DNA from: Scyliorhinus canicula
Taxonomy: Eukaryota
Reading direction: 5' to 3'
Assembly: GCF_902713615.1 (NCBI RefSeq)
Contig: NC_052149.1
Location: 152,869,383 to 152,933,382 of the forward strand
Length of the DNA stretch: 64,000 nucleotides
Shown: positions 44,301 through 58,400 of the stretch, in pieces
Layout of the letters: each line of letters opens with the position of its first letter
Numbering within the stretch: position 1 is the stretch's first letter
Made by a program: the position numbers and the translations under genes
The notes under the pieces: generated by a model
Told to the model about the DNA's origin: nothing
The model's database searches: none
Seen by the model: the letters and a program-made list of their open reading frames with translations, nothing else

Positions 44301-45080
44301 CTCACTAGCACGTGGTACGGGTAACAACCCAGAGATAATAACTGTTTGTTCTAGCTCTAAGTTTCCACCCTAGCTCCCTAAAATCCTGCCTTACATCCCT
44401 ATCCCTTTACCTACCTATGTCGTTGGTGCCTATGTGGACCACAACTTGGGGCTGTTCCCCCTCAAGGATCCCGAAAACACAATCCGAGACATCACGGACC
44501 CTGGCATCTGGGAGGCAACACACCAACCGCGAGTCTCTCTCGTTCCCACAGAATCTCCTATCCCTCTAACTATGGAGTCGCCAATGACTAATGCTCTACT
44601 CCTCTCCCCCCTTCCCTTCTGAGCAACAGGGACAGACTCTGTGCCAGAGACCTGTACCCAATGGCTTACCCCTGGTAAGTTGTCCCCCCACCAGTATCCA
44701 AATGCGGTATACTTGTTACTAAGGGGAACGACCACAGGGGATTCCTGTACTGACTGCTTCCTCCCAGCCCCCCTCACCATCACCCATCTAGCTTAATTCC
44801 CAGGAGTAACTACATCCCTGAAGCATCTATCTATGACCACCCCTGCCTCCCGAATTCATCCAACTCCAGCTCCAGTTCCCTAACACGGTTTCTGAGGAGC
44901 TGGAGATGGGTGCACTGCCCACAGGTGAAATCAGCAGGGACACTGACGGCATCCCTCACCTCAAACATTCTGCAGGAGGAACATTGCACTGCCTTCCCTA
45001 CCATCCCCTCTAGATAAAACAAGAAAAAGAAAGGAAGAGCTTACCTGATATTCACAGAAAGGAAGAGCTCACCTGATATT
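41322..45080 (-). mobile_element. Near full-length CR1/HER1-like LINE with deletions and frameshifts
   Basis: ORF1 zinc-finger/coiled coil (QCSSCRMFEV...CGQCTHLQLL...LELEL) and SGNH-esterase-like VIGDSIVRG; ORF2 endonuclease (YFNARSIRNK, VMGDFNFPNIDW) and RT (QGSVL, FADD); 3' tail at 41.3 kb. Confidence 0.9.
41452..41642 (-). mobile_element. SINE (second family) inserted in the CR1 3' end
   Basis: Full head-to-tail match to 57458-57642; short duplicated flank taaatg. Confidence 0.85.
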
Positions 45081-46069
45081 AACTTAAAAGACAAAAGCAC
45101 ACAAGGACTTATAATACATTATGACACAAGAACATTGATGACTATACATACACATTACATGAAACTATCCCTTGGTCCCCAACTACCTACATTACCTGAA
45201 ACTCAAGACACCTCATTTTACGAAAACAAAACATCCACTATTAAGCAACTTTGAGTGAAATCTAGCAAATAATTACTGCACCCAAGTTAAGGTAGCCATG
45301 TCTGAAAAATAGTCTGAAAAAAAAAAAAGGTGGGAAAATTGGTTACTTCTTTTGGCAGACTATATCTGCCACGGCTGCAGTTCTGATTTCAGTTATTTCT
45401 CCTTTTCCCTTAGTGTTCGAATTCAGCTATTTCTTTCCCTTTATATTATTCATCCGGTGGAGTTGACGTTTGGCAGGTAGATGTCAATTTTTTTATCACT
45501 CCAGTTTGAAGTTACCACCTCGAAAGTCTCATTGTTTTCTCTAATCACAGGTAAAATACCTGTTTTTAACTGAAAGGCGAATTTGCATCTCATCATCTCT
45601 CCAGTCACCTGCCTCAAATCACCATTTTGGGTCTTTTAAATCTCCTACGTCTTAACTGGAAAATTAACAATCAAATCAAAATATGAAGGTAGCTAGGAAA
45701 CTCAGATTTTTAATTATTATTGTACTTAAATTGAAAATTAAATTTCAACACAACGTGCTATTTTGGGTTTAATTTTTTGTTGTTAGCAGTCAACCAAATG
45801 AGTATTTTGGACAACACATCTTTTGTAATTTTATCTGTATAGTTGCTGTTCCGTAATATCCCATATTTTGGTATCTGACTTGTTCAAATAAAATGGAATT
45901 TCTCAAAGGTGTATACTTGATTTTGAAAATGTTATAACTACATGAAAAACATGAACCAATTCACAAGACTGTGAGAAACTCAAGATTGAAATTGCACAAG
46001 TGGAGTGCAGCTATCCTCAGAATATCTGGTTCTAACTTGTGTTTTGCATGACTTACATTAGAATGAACT

Positions 46070-49000
46070 TTAAAAAATGTGTTCATGGGATGCAGGTGTC
46101 ACTGGTGGTGAGCTGCCTTCTTGAATCGCCATGATGTGGAGATGCCGGCGTTGGACTGGGGTGAGCACAGTAAGAAGTCTTACAACACCAGGTTAAAGTC
46201 CAACAGGTTTGTTTCAAACACGAGCTTTCGGAGCACGGCTCCTTCTTCAGGTGAATGGCCATTCACCTGAAGAAGGAGCCGTGCTCCGAAAGCTCGTGTT
46301 TGAAACAAACCTGTTGGACTTTAACCTGGTGTTGTAAGACTTCTTACTGTTCTTGAATCGCTGCAGTCCTGTGGTGTAGGTACATCTACAGGGCTGTTGG
46401 AGAGGTCGTTCCAGGGTTTTGATCCAGCAACAGTTATATATTTCCATGTCACGATGATGAGTGGCTTGGAGGACAACTCCCAGGTCGTGGTGTTCCCATG
46501 TGTCTGCTGCCCTTCTGCTTCTAGGTGGTAGCAGCTGAGAGTTTGTAGGGCCCTGCCCTAAGGAGTCTTGATGAGTTCCTGCAGTGCATCTGGTAGATGG
46601 TACACATGGCTTGTCACTATACGATGGTGGTGGGAGGAGTGAATGTTTGTAGATGGGTTGCCAATCAAGCAGGCTGCTTTGGTCCTGGAGGTGTCAAGCT
46701 TGGAGTGCTTTTGGAGCTGCACTCATCCAGGCAAGTGGAGAGTTTTCCATCACACTCCTGACTTACACTTTATAGGTGGTGGGCAGGCTTTGTGGAGTCA
46801 GGCGAGTTACATGATCTAATCCATTGGTTACAAACTCGCTAGCTCTGACTATTGCTTGCTACTTATGTGGTTTGGCAAGCAAATAGTCCTGTGTTGTTGG
46901 TTCATCAGCGGATGACAAAAAGATTGACTGGGTGGTTACCAGTGAGTTGAGTGTCTTGGGGTTACAGGAAGATATATATGGGATATCGAATGGGCAGAAA
47001 ACTGGCAGATGGAATTTAACCCTGAAAATGTGAGGTGGGACACTTTGAATACTTCATTGTCACATTACTCCTTTCAATGAATGGCATGACACTGGGAAGT
47101 TCTGAGGAACACAAGGACCTTGGTGTTTGTCCATAGGTCTTTGAAGGTGAAAGGGCAAGTTAATAGGGTGGTGAAAAAGGCATATGGGACACTTGCCTTT
47201 ATCAATCATGACATAGATTACAAAAGCAGGAAGATCTGTTGGAGTTGTACAGAACTTTGGTGAGGCCACAGCTGGAGTACTGTGCGCAGTTCTGGTCACC
47301 ACATTATAGGAAGGATGTGATTGCACTGGAGGGGATGCAGAGGCGATTCACCGGGGTGTTGCCTGGGTTGGAATATTTAAGTTATGAAGAGGTTGGATAG
47401 GCTTGGCCTGTTTTTGCTGGAGCAGAGAAGACCAAGGTGACATTGAGGTGCACAAGATTGAGGGTCATGGACAGGATGGATAGTGAGTTGAAGGGTCAGT
47501 TACAAGGGAACACGTTCAAGGTCAGGTTTGGGGGGCTTGAGGAATAACATTTTTACCCAGGTCTGGAATGCACTGCCTGGGAGGGTAGTAGAGGCGAGTT
47601 GCCTCACATCCTTTAAAAAGTACCGTGGCACGTCGTAACATTCAAGGCCAAGTGCTGGCAAATGGAATTAGATAGGCAGGTCAGGTATTTTTCATGCTTC
47701 GGTGCAGACTCGATGAGCCGAAGGGTCTTTTCTGCACTGAATTATTCTGATGAGCCGGAATCCATATTTTTAGGGATGCCTGGTATGTCCTCCTGCATTC
47801 TTCATTGAACCAGAGTTGAGCCCCTTGCTTGGTGGTAATGGTAGAGTGGGTGACATGCCAGACCATGAGGTTACAGATTGTGATTAAGTACAGTTCTGCT
47901 GCTGCTAGCCCACAGTACCTCATGATTATCCAGTTTTGAGTTGTTAGATGTTCAGAATCTATCCCATTTAGCATGGCGATAGTGCCATGCAACACACTGG
48001 AGGGTATCCTCAATGTGAAGATGGGACTTAGCCTCCACAAGAACTGTGCAGTGGTCACTTGTACCAATACGTAATATTGTCATGGACAGATGTATCTGCG
48101 TCGGGAATATTGGTTCACTCATCACCTACCACAGAACCAGTCTAGCAGCTATGATCTTCAGGACTCGGCAGCTTGGTCTGTAGGAGTGGTACTGAGACAC
48201 TCTTGGTCCCCTAACCAGAGCATGTTTTGCACCTCGCCACCCTCGACTTTTTCTCTGAGTGATGCTCAACACGTTTCCTTGCCCATGTTTTACCTGATGC
48301 CACGACTTAATTCAACATTAAGGTAATCCAGGGCAATTTCCATTCCACTGTATACCAGTGTGTCAACACTTCTGCTGGGTCTATCCTGCCAGTGGGACAG
48401 GACATACTCCGAGTTGATGATGGGACACAAGATATGATACCGCATAATTGTTAAGCAATTGCTTGATGAGTCTGTGAGACAGCTCACCCAATTTTTGGCA
48501 CAAGCCCTCATATGTTAGTAAGGAGTACTTTGCCAAGTCAAAGGGGCTGAGTTTACAGTTATGGTTTCCGGTGCCTAGTTGAATACAGGGCATTATGGTT
48601 TAAATTCCTTTTAGACTTTTTTAAAGCAGTTTTATACAACTGAGTGGCTTGCTCAGGTATTTCGGAGGGCAAAGTGTCAAACATATTTGTGTGAATCTGG
48701 GGTCACATGTACACCAGATCAGATTTCCTTCCCTGAAAGACATCAGTAAGCCAGATGGGTTTTTGCACCAACTGATAAGGGTTCCATGGTCAACCAGATA
48801 TCATAAGATTTTTAATTCCAGATTTTTTTCCTGTTCAATTCAAATTCCCCATCTGCCATGGTGGGATTCGAACCCAGGTTATTACCCTAGGTCTCTGGAT
48901 TACTAGCCCAGTGACTATTGTGCCACCACCTCCCAGGTACTGAGACTAAAACAAACACTTCAAACCTACTTTAGTGTCAGCACTTACGGTGTGTAGATAG

Positions 49001-51000
49001 AGCAGGGTGAAGTTGAAAGCCTCATGAAGACCAACATACTATTACTTTACATTAATATTTAAGTCATAAATTGTAAACTGAATTTTGAACATGTAGCATT
49101 GAATTAGGAAAGAATCCAGAAAATATAGATGAGTGGTTTTAGGCATGATGCAGAAAGGAACTGCAAACTCGATACTAGTCAGAAATGGGAAACTTAAAGC
49201 TCGAGGGATTGGGGATTGTAATTAATAGTGCAGTGTGGTGCTTCAGCTAATGGAGAATTAGCAAAGCTCAATGATGAAGAATTACCATTTTAGAAAAAGG
49301 CCTGACTAATTTTGAATATTTGATCAATTACTAGTGGGAATGTTTAGAAGTGTTGTACATGGAAAACTAGTGACGGAAGAAAATCAATCTGAAAAACTGA
49401 TTTGGAGTCGATGTGAAACATAAACTTAGTAATAAGGCAGCCAAATGGCGATACATTCACATTTCCGAAAGATGGATAGGCAAGCACGTGTTTTTAGAGA
49501 TAAAGGATGTCGCATTTATGAGACTCCATGTGAATATAGGTTGGCTAACAGAAATTTTATATTGAGATGCAATAATTAGAGAAGGGGATTGAATGGAAAA
49601 GGACATACAAGGACGAGTTGATTGATGAAAAGTATGGTGAAAGAACTTGCATTTATATGGCATGCTTCACATTTTCAACTTGTCCCAAAGTGCTTCATTT
49701 AAATTAAATACTTTAAAAGAGCTTACCAACAACAATAAATGTATTTTAATGATGTTGATTGAAAGGTTAACATTGGTTAGGACACCAGACGCACCCCAAT
49801 ACTTGTCTCCAAACTGCATCATGGGATATTTTACGCCCACCAGTAAAATGTACTCAAGCCCTGGTTTAACATTTCATCCAAAAATGGCACACCTCCAACA
49901 AGTGTAGCATTCTCAATGCCGCACTAAACTATCAGCTTAAATGCTTCAAGCTGAGGTGCAAGAATGTTGCTAAGTCAAGATTGACATTTGATAACTGGTG
50001 GTGAGAGAACCAGCAGAAAATGAAATAATACGGTGCATAAATACAAAATTATTTTAAAATATGACTGATATAAAATAAAAGAGCCAAGTATTTTCAACTG
50101 CCTGAAACACACTACCAACTAAATAAGCAAAGAAAAACTTCACTTCACCCACCTGATGTACTGTAGTGTGTCCAGCTCAAGAGGCAAGTCTCTCAGGGCT
50201 AATCTTTTTCTCTCATTTCTTTTCATACGGAAGTACATTGATATCCACTTACCTTGACAGATGGGGCATGTCAGGAAGCATGAAGTTATCCATCTTGATA
50301 GAAAGGGAGCAGTTTTTTTTTGGAAACAAGTCGAGATCAATAAATGTTGGTAGCCAGAGGGATTTGTGTCCTTGTACATGAAGCACATTAACATGTAGGG
50401 ATAGCAAGCAATTAAGGAGGAAATGATGTTAGCCTTTATTGCAAGGGAATTGGGGTAAATCAAATCAATAAGACTGTCTTACTGCAGGGTGATACAGGCT
50501 TTTTAGCAAGGTCAAACCTGGTATGCCATGTACAATTTGGTCTCCTTACCTACGGAATGATATATTTGCCTTGGAACAAATTCACTCTGACCTATGAAGA
50601 GGTTGAGTAAAAAGGGTCTATATTTTCTAGAATTTGGATGAATGAGAGATGATCTCATGAAAATGTACAACATGCTTAGAGGGCTTACCAGGGTAGATGC
50701 ACAGAAGCAGTTTTCCCTGGCTGGAGAGTCTAGAACTAGAGGACATGGATCATAGATCGGCCATTTAGGACTGAGGTGAGAAGTGCTTTCCCTTAAAGGA
50801 TTGTTAGTCTTTGGAATTCTCAGCCCAGAGGTCGGTGGATGCTCAGTTGATTGGGAAGGCTGAGATCAAATTAATTTTGGGTACAAAAAGAATCAATGGA
50901 ATATCTGAATGGAGGAGCAGGTTCAAGGGTTCATGTGGCGTACTCCTGCTCCTATTTCTTATGGAGAATTCAGAATTGATCAATTCTTCTTGATCTTTCT
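46070..51000. mobile_element. Intergenic mosaic of old CR1/L2-type LINE and SINE fragments
   Basis: Multiple decayed RT-like and tail-like segments on both strands (e.g. 46930-47700 + strand, YCAQFWSPHYRKD-like); individual boundaries not resolved. Confidence 0.55.
46130..46349. mobile_element. Short Penelope-derived palindromic insertion with hammerhead ribozyme cores
   Basis: 12-bp TSD ttcttgaatcgc (46118-46129 and 46350-46361); perfect loop-less inverted repeat 46167-46350; CTGAAGA...GAAA core at 46267-46291, with its mirror image on the - strand. Confidence 0.8.
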
Positions 51001-51819
51001 TGATTCGCTAGGCTTGATGTGTTTGTGACAATGTCCACACCCTGAGCTTTTTCTGGGCATGGCTGGAATATCAACCAGTTCTGGGAAGAATTCCCATAAT
51101 TCTACAAATTAGGTCTCAATATTCCCTCAGTCCCTTTATCTGGACACAAAGGTCTTATGATTAAAACATATTCCATCCTCTAAGTATCATTAATATGCTC
51201 TCAATTAGTCCCAGACAGGGTGGATCCTACTCATATACAAGACTAGAGTTTCCACTTGGCACGTCTGATAACAGCATAAAATATTAGAGAATTTTAAGCA
51301 AGTTACAATGAGCATTAATCTAGTTTCTATGACTTTTAACAGTTCTACAAAATATTACACTGAAAGGGCCCCATATGGAAAAAAAAGACTGACTGTGCCT
51401 GTTAAAAAGAAGACATTTCATTGTCAATAACTTAAAATCAGATTACTCTCAGGCAGTGAGCTGAACCCTTATTAAAAATTGATTTTCTTCTAATAATCCC
51501 ATTTTCAGCTGTAAAAACAATTATTCTATTTTGCTTACCGATACACTGCTTCATGGAAGATTTTACTTTTGTGATAATGCAAATGGGTGGAAACTTAACT
51601 TCACTTTGAAAAACCAACACATTTTATACCCAGATTGCCAATTGCACCCAAAGCAAAAAACTCTAGCCTGCCACTATTTTGAAAGATTTAAGTAGCTGGT
51701 TGATGCCTAAATCTTCATATGAATGCATGGGGTTATCGTTCAATTACCTCTTCTTTTGCTCCCATCCTATCCTTCATTTTCTGTAACTAGTTTAATACAA
51801 TTTCTAATTTGCAGTACTG

Positions 51820-54800
51820 CTATTTATTAGACATTTATTTCATCCTTTCAGAGCACAAACTAGAGCAGTGTGACATTGAGTAATGTACAATAACCAAATA
51901 ATCCAGATAAGGAAAGAATCTTGGCTGGGGCTCCAGAACACCATGCTCTTTTGCATAATGCCATTAATCCAACTAAAACAGGCGGACAAGCTGCAGTGTA
52001 ATGTCCCCTCTGAACAGTGCAACACTAGACTCAGTGCTAGATTGAAATGATAGCCAACATTACATTTCAAATTCTGCAGTGGGGTTCGAATTCACACACT
52101 GTTATTCACTGCAGAAAAAACAGAACAAAACTAAAATATGAAGCAAGGACCATGGGTCTGTTTTGTTTTTGATATTTTTGGTTTCTACACAAACAACTTA
52201 AAATGTCCTCCCAATTCTTGCCATCTTTCTCAGCACTACAAGATTTATCACTCTTACATCTGCTAGGTAAAAAAAAAGAGATGATTCACCTAACACCATC
52301 TTTCACCAATAACAATATAAAATTTTATTGTGTAGTGTTCAGGCATAACAGGTTCTCCATTCCAGCCAACCTTCTCAACAGCACAATTTTAAACAAACAA
52401 AATAAACCAACAATTTCACATTTTATCATTTAAAGCTTGTTTTCCAACTGATCCTGGACACATCAAGGTTGAAGAAATAGTTTAAAAGCAAACAGTTTTA
52501 AACAACACTGCAATCAAACATGAAATAAAAGGAAGCCGGCCCACTTCATTAACTACCCCATTTTTCAAATCACTAATCTACTCTCCAATTTACTGCTTGT
52601 TGCAGTATCCTGTGTTTAGCTGGTCTCAGAATTTTCATATCACTTCCGAGGGGGAACAACTTGCTTTCACATGCTGCCCAAGAACTGGGAACACTTCCCT
52701 AACTAGGCCAGACATATGCTACTGATGGACAGTATAATTCTGGCCATCTGTTTGGAAGGCAAGTGATCTACCAAGGCTTCTTTGTACAACATTTGGTTCA
52801 TTACAGATCAAAATCAAGGAAAAATGTTTAAACAGTTTGAATACAAAACAATGTCTTTACTAAAGATCACAGATTTAAACGAGAAGCAAGAGTACATCAC
52901 AGTTCTAATCGGCAATGATTTAGTATGTCTGAATACTTTAAATACCAACACCATCTCTTAGATGTTTACTAAATACACTTGTAGATTGAAAAGACAAGAA
53001 GCTTGCTCTTAGAAATGCAAAAGCAAGTACGTGAGTTCAACTGCAGATGAAGACAAGGATCTGGATTTGACTCCAAGGCAAACTAAAAACAAGTCACTTT
53101 GCAGAAATTTAGGACAGAGGTAGAAACCTCAATGTTCTCAAATTTGATCGTTGACACCTTATCAACAGTAAAACACAATAATCATAGCTTTTGCAATAAT
53201 TGTCAGGTATTAGCATTTTAGTACGCCATTGTTGTATGTTCCGCAGTTAAAATGTTTTAAAATATCTGTGCTTAAATTTTCTAAACTTTCTAAATAACCC
53301 ACAACAGTATTTAGAAAATGTGCAACCAACAAAAAAACAATGTTTGAGGCTTAATTAGTCCAAAGGTGTCAAACTGTTGAGTTATTTCGGTTCCCTTGGA
53401 ATTTTCAATTGTTTATTAATTTGCAAAAATATTTTGAATATCCTTACGACACAATATGCAAAACTTTAGTGACCTATGAGTCCATGCATGACACTACTGA
53501 TGCATCAGTAACATGAATATCTAAAATGGAGTTGCAATTGCACAAGACTTTGGAAAATGTGACATCTGAAAAAAACATCATTCGTGCCTCTTAATTATCC
53601 ATTTGGCAAGTCCATACATTGACTGCAGCACACAATACAGTGAAATACATTTAGCAATGTGACCCTCACTTTTCCATTCCTCTTCTGTCTTTGTGGGTTT
53701 TCAAGTGCCTACAATTCCAATATCCAAATTCTCTAAGGCAGTCATGTTATATGGAGACCTTGATTTCACCATGCATGTCAAATATTTTGCTGCAATCAGT
53801 ATGAATGAACTGAAGTTCAAAGATCTCAAGAAGCCAAATGGAGTGCCCATACCAGAGATAACACCCTCAAAGAATCTACTTCAGCCTACAAAACACAGTA
53901 ATGGGGGCTTCCAAAATACACTTTAAAAAAAATTGCATTCCAGTTTTAGAATGTTGATTTGCCCCGATTCGGTGAGGTTGCCACACATCAGTTTAGGACT
54001 AGACAAGTAAACGGAAACTGCAGTATCATGTACAGTTTAAAATCATACATTAGAGATCTTAAAAAACTGTTCCACTATTGAATCACTGACCAAACCGTCT
54101 ACAATTATGACAATATGCCGCAAAAAATGGCTGTTACGTTAACTGATTCCTTGGTCCTAACGGTAGTCAGTAAAATGAGCTAAATAAGATCCGGTATAAA
54201 CAAAATTCATATGACCAAGAATGATATTTGTGAAACACTCTTAATTGCAGATTGAGAGTTTGCTATAAATTATAACTGCATGTTTACCTAACATTACACC
54301 AAGTGTTGAATATGCTCTTTCAGCATGCTTACAAAAGTAAAAATGATAATGTACTTACTGTACAGAACCTTATTTCTCTGAAAAAAAAAATGAACGTTCA
54401 CAGAAAAACATGAATTACTGCCAATCCATGGAGAGCGGTTTGGGGGAAGAAGAGAAGAGACATTTGCACTGTGTACATGAAGATCGCCCAGACAATGACA
54501 TTACTGGTAGCTGATTTATTTTGCAGGGTGACCATAATTCTTAAATTGTTGATGGAAATTCACTGAATAAATGAGCAACTATTTTAAGACAAGAAAACAG
54601 AATGTTTTGTATTTTTTCAATGTTTATAGGTGTGTTAAAGAAAACCCTAAAAAAATTGGTTAGTTTGGGTTGGATGGATATCAACGTTGGTCCAGTATAT
54701 CACAACCCAGATTACAAACCCCCTACTTATGGTTTTACAATTGAAAACATAACCGGGACAACTTAATATTCCAATTTAAACTGACATGGAACAATGATGG

Positions 54801-55437
54801 ATGAGATTTATTCTCATTTAACCTTTCAATCATTCTCATTTGATTTCTCAAAATGGATTTCTTTCTAAAGAGTATTTTACTTTTCTCGTCACAAGTGTTT
54901 CATCTCGCCACAAACCATTCCAGATGTTTAACCAGAGACAAATACTGCATGTTAAATGTATTGGGCTTTTTAAAAAATATACAGCTGTTAACAAATCAAC
55001 CTTGTAAAAATAAAAGTTTTGAAGCTTCATACTGTTAGCACTGAAGGCAACATCACTACTTTATAAAATATTTATGTAGGTTGTGGTGAGAAGCAGCTCA
55101 TAGTAAGAGATGACACAGCGTTCAAGGTTGCAGCATTGGGACCTGGGTTTCACAGCTAGAGGGATATGTGGTTTGCTGCTATTGGAGTTACACTTAATGA
55201 AGCTTCAAAACGAAAAATAAACATGAACATTAAAGTTGTGACATATTATCAATGCTTCAAAACTCAAAACTTTCTTGTAGCCCCAAGTTTTTCAACATTA
55301 GAGCACAATACTCATATAAATGTTTCCAGTTTATAAACTGCAAAATGACCATATCCATCTGGGCAATCAGTTTATGTTCAATGTTTTGGGTAATACTGGA
55401 ATTATGCTTCTTCATTGGTTGTTAGGTTCTTGTTCAG
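51820..55437 (-). other. Candidate long 3' UTR of the matrin-3-like gene
   Basis: AT-rich and largely TE-free; - strand AATAAA signals at 54807-54812, 54515-54520, 53412-53417, 51834-51839 and 51823-51828. Confidence 0.5.
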
Positions 55438-58400
55438 TTACTCCTGAATGATTTGCTGCTTCTTTTCTCTCCAGTAGTCCATAGCTTGCTTGGCCAGAGT
55501 TTTCTTTAAAAGTACAGCAGAAAAAAAAGTGTGTTAAATAGTAAAACGCCACTGCCGCAGAAAACTCTCACCATATCTGGTTGAAAGAAGATGACAAGCA
55601 AGGTCAATGGTTACAGCACACAATAAATCAAAATCCGGTTTTATTACAAATATTCATGATGAATTTTATAGTAAAAATATGAAAACACCTTTTATGAGAA
55701 TTTATACAGCCAGATAGGAACCCTGATCCGCAGCAAAATGCATTGAGGATTGCATCACAATTTGCCCATTTTTTTTTTAAATTGAAGGGATAATTTAGCG
55801 TGGCCATTCCACCTAGCCTGCACATCTTTGGGTTGTGGGAGCGAGACCCACGCAGACGCGGGAAGAATGTGCAAACTCCACTTGGACAGCGACTCGGGGG
55901 TCGGGATTGAATCCGGTTCCGTGCCATCCCACATTTGCCTATGCAACAAACCAGATTTTGTTGAAACGGGCATATAAACAAAGCATGTGGCTAATAATGC
56001 ACAAATAAGCCAGCAACCTGGAGCAAAGATGAGATATCCCATAAATTGTGAACTGCCACAGGTTTCTGGCAGATTTGTGCCCATTCACTTTAAGCTTTAT
56101 GAAAACATCTCATGCTTAAACTCCATAATTTTCATAATTTTGGAATCTTCATGCTGATTGCCGGTAAACGTAAAGTTCAGTCTAGTAATTAACAGTGCAA
56201 CGATCCTTTTAATGGTACAATGATTAATGGCTGCAAATTAATATTACTTCAACAGAGAATAAACAGTTAAAAGTGCACACTCTCATTACTTCAAGTTGAA
56301 AACTGTTTTAGGAGATTTAAAATATCGAATTTTATGGCAAATTTCTTTGTCTTTTTCTCTCATGTCTCTCAATCCAACGTTTCCATCTCTTGTACCTGAC
56401 GTGACACTGAATTCACCCACCCAAATTCAATTTCTTAACCCTTCCTCTCAATCCTTTAATGTCACCGATCTTAAAGAGAAGATATATTTTGCTTTATGTT
56501 CATCAAGGTCCCAGCTGACCTTGCTGAACTATTATCAGCTCACACATCATGCAAATTTAAAACGTAAAACATAACTAATGGTCCATGCTTTACTGCAATA
56601 AAAGCAGACATATATATATATATATATAAAATTTGAGATGTTTCAGTGACACAATAGTGGGCGGCACAGTGGTTAGCACTGCTGCCTCACAGCACCAGAA
56701 ACCCGGCTTCGATTCCACATCGGGTGACTGTGAAGTTTGCGCATTCTTCTCATGTCTGTGTGGGTTTCCTCAGAGTGCACTGGTTTCCTCCCACAGTCCG
56801 AAGTTGTGTTATGCTAAATTGTCCTTAGGTGGAGTTATAGAGATAGGGTAGGGAGGGAATTGTGTCTAGGTACGATGCTGTTTCAGAGGGTGGGTGCAGA
56901 CTCAATGGCCGAATGGCCTCCTTCTGCAATGTAGAGATTCTATGGCAAGGTAGCACAAATACAGATGCACATTTTTACATTTCCATAAAGGATAAAAAAG
57001 TGCTCAGTTAAGCTTTTCAGTTTAACTTTTGTTGCGTTTAATTGTGATAATCCAGGTGGAAACAGCTTCTAAAACCTGTGGGCACCATGGTAGCACCCGA
57101 GCGGGTAGCACCATTGCTTCACAGCTCCAGGATCCCAGGTTCGATTCCCAGCTTGGGTCATTGTCTGTGTGAAGTCTGCACGTTCTCCGTGTCAGCGTGG
57201 GTTTGGTAATGTGTTGTTAGGTAATTTGGACATTTTCCCCGTGTACCCGAACTGACGCCAGAATGTGGCGACTAGGTGCTTTTCACAGTAACTTCATGCT
57301 GGATTTTCCAGATTTTCCAGCATTTTCTCTTCATTCAACTTCATTGCAGTGTTAATGTAAGCTGCCTAGTGACAATAAATATTATTATTAAAACCCTATC
57401 TCACCAAAAAGATATTGTTGCCAAAAAGAATGCATTGGTGATGTAATGGTTGTCTCAGGGGCGGGTTTAGCTCACTGAGCTAAATCGCTGGCTTTTAAAG
57501 CAGACCAAGGAGGCCAGCAGCAAGGTTCGATTCCCGTACCAGCCTCCCCGGACAGACGCCGGAATGTGGCGACTAGGGGCTTTTCACAGTAACTTCATTG
57601 ACGCCTACTCATGACAATAAGCGAGTTTCATTCCATTTCATTCTTCAAACTGTCACCCCCCCTCTACTAGGATCACAGAGATGGTCTGAGGTATTTTATT
57701 TTTTATATGAATTACATGACTGCCCCCTTATAACAATACGAAAGTCCACACTTGGGCTACCTCATAGGGACTACCAGAGATGACAGTGTTCCATATTCTG
57801 AAACTGCCTGTTCTTATTGCCTTGCTCAAGGTGCATGAATAAAATTAGGAACTGGAAAATATTTGAGGTTTCAGTGTTTCTTATTCGGAGTTAAACTCAG
57901 GGCAGCACAGAGGTTAGCACTGCTGCAATCACCAATGCCAGGGACCAGGGTTTGATTCCAACCTCGGTCGACTGTGCAAATTTGCACATGTTCCCTGTGC
58001 CTGCGTGAGTTTCCTGCGGGTACTCCATAGTCCAAAAATGTAGTTAGGTTGAATGGCCATGCTAAATTGCCCCTGAGGGTGGGGTTACAGGAATAGGACG
58101 GGTATGTGCCCTCGTTAGGGTGGTCTTTTGAAGGGTCAATGCAGACTCGATGGGTCGAATGATTCTTTGATAAACTTCTTCAAAACAAGAGACATCTCCA
58201 AAAAGGGACACATATGGGGAAAAAATAAAAACCTACTTTCCTTAACAGCCAGGCTTACCTTAAGTCTCTGATAATGATCAACGGTGCCACAGTGAGTCTG
58301 TTTTGCTGTCTCCTCACTTGTGTAGAAGAGACAGCAGAGTTTGCAATAGTAGCCAGTTTTTGGAACCACATAATTTAATCCTGAAAGAGAGCATAGTGTA

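Noticed and set aside
45063-45254. Open frame with Tyr motifs (THYMKL, SFYENK) and LSLGP, as a possible distal tail exon
   Set aside because: No polypyrimidine acceptor in the needed phase, it lies beyond the poly(A) signals at 39.7 kb, and A/C-rich composition makes Tyr codons likely by chance.
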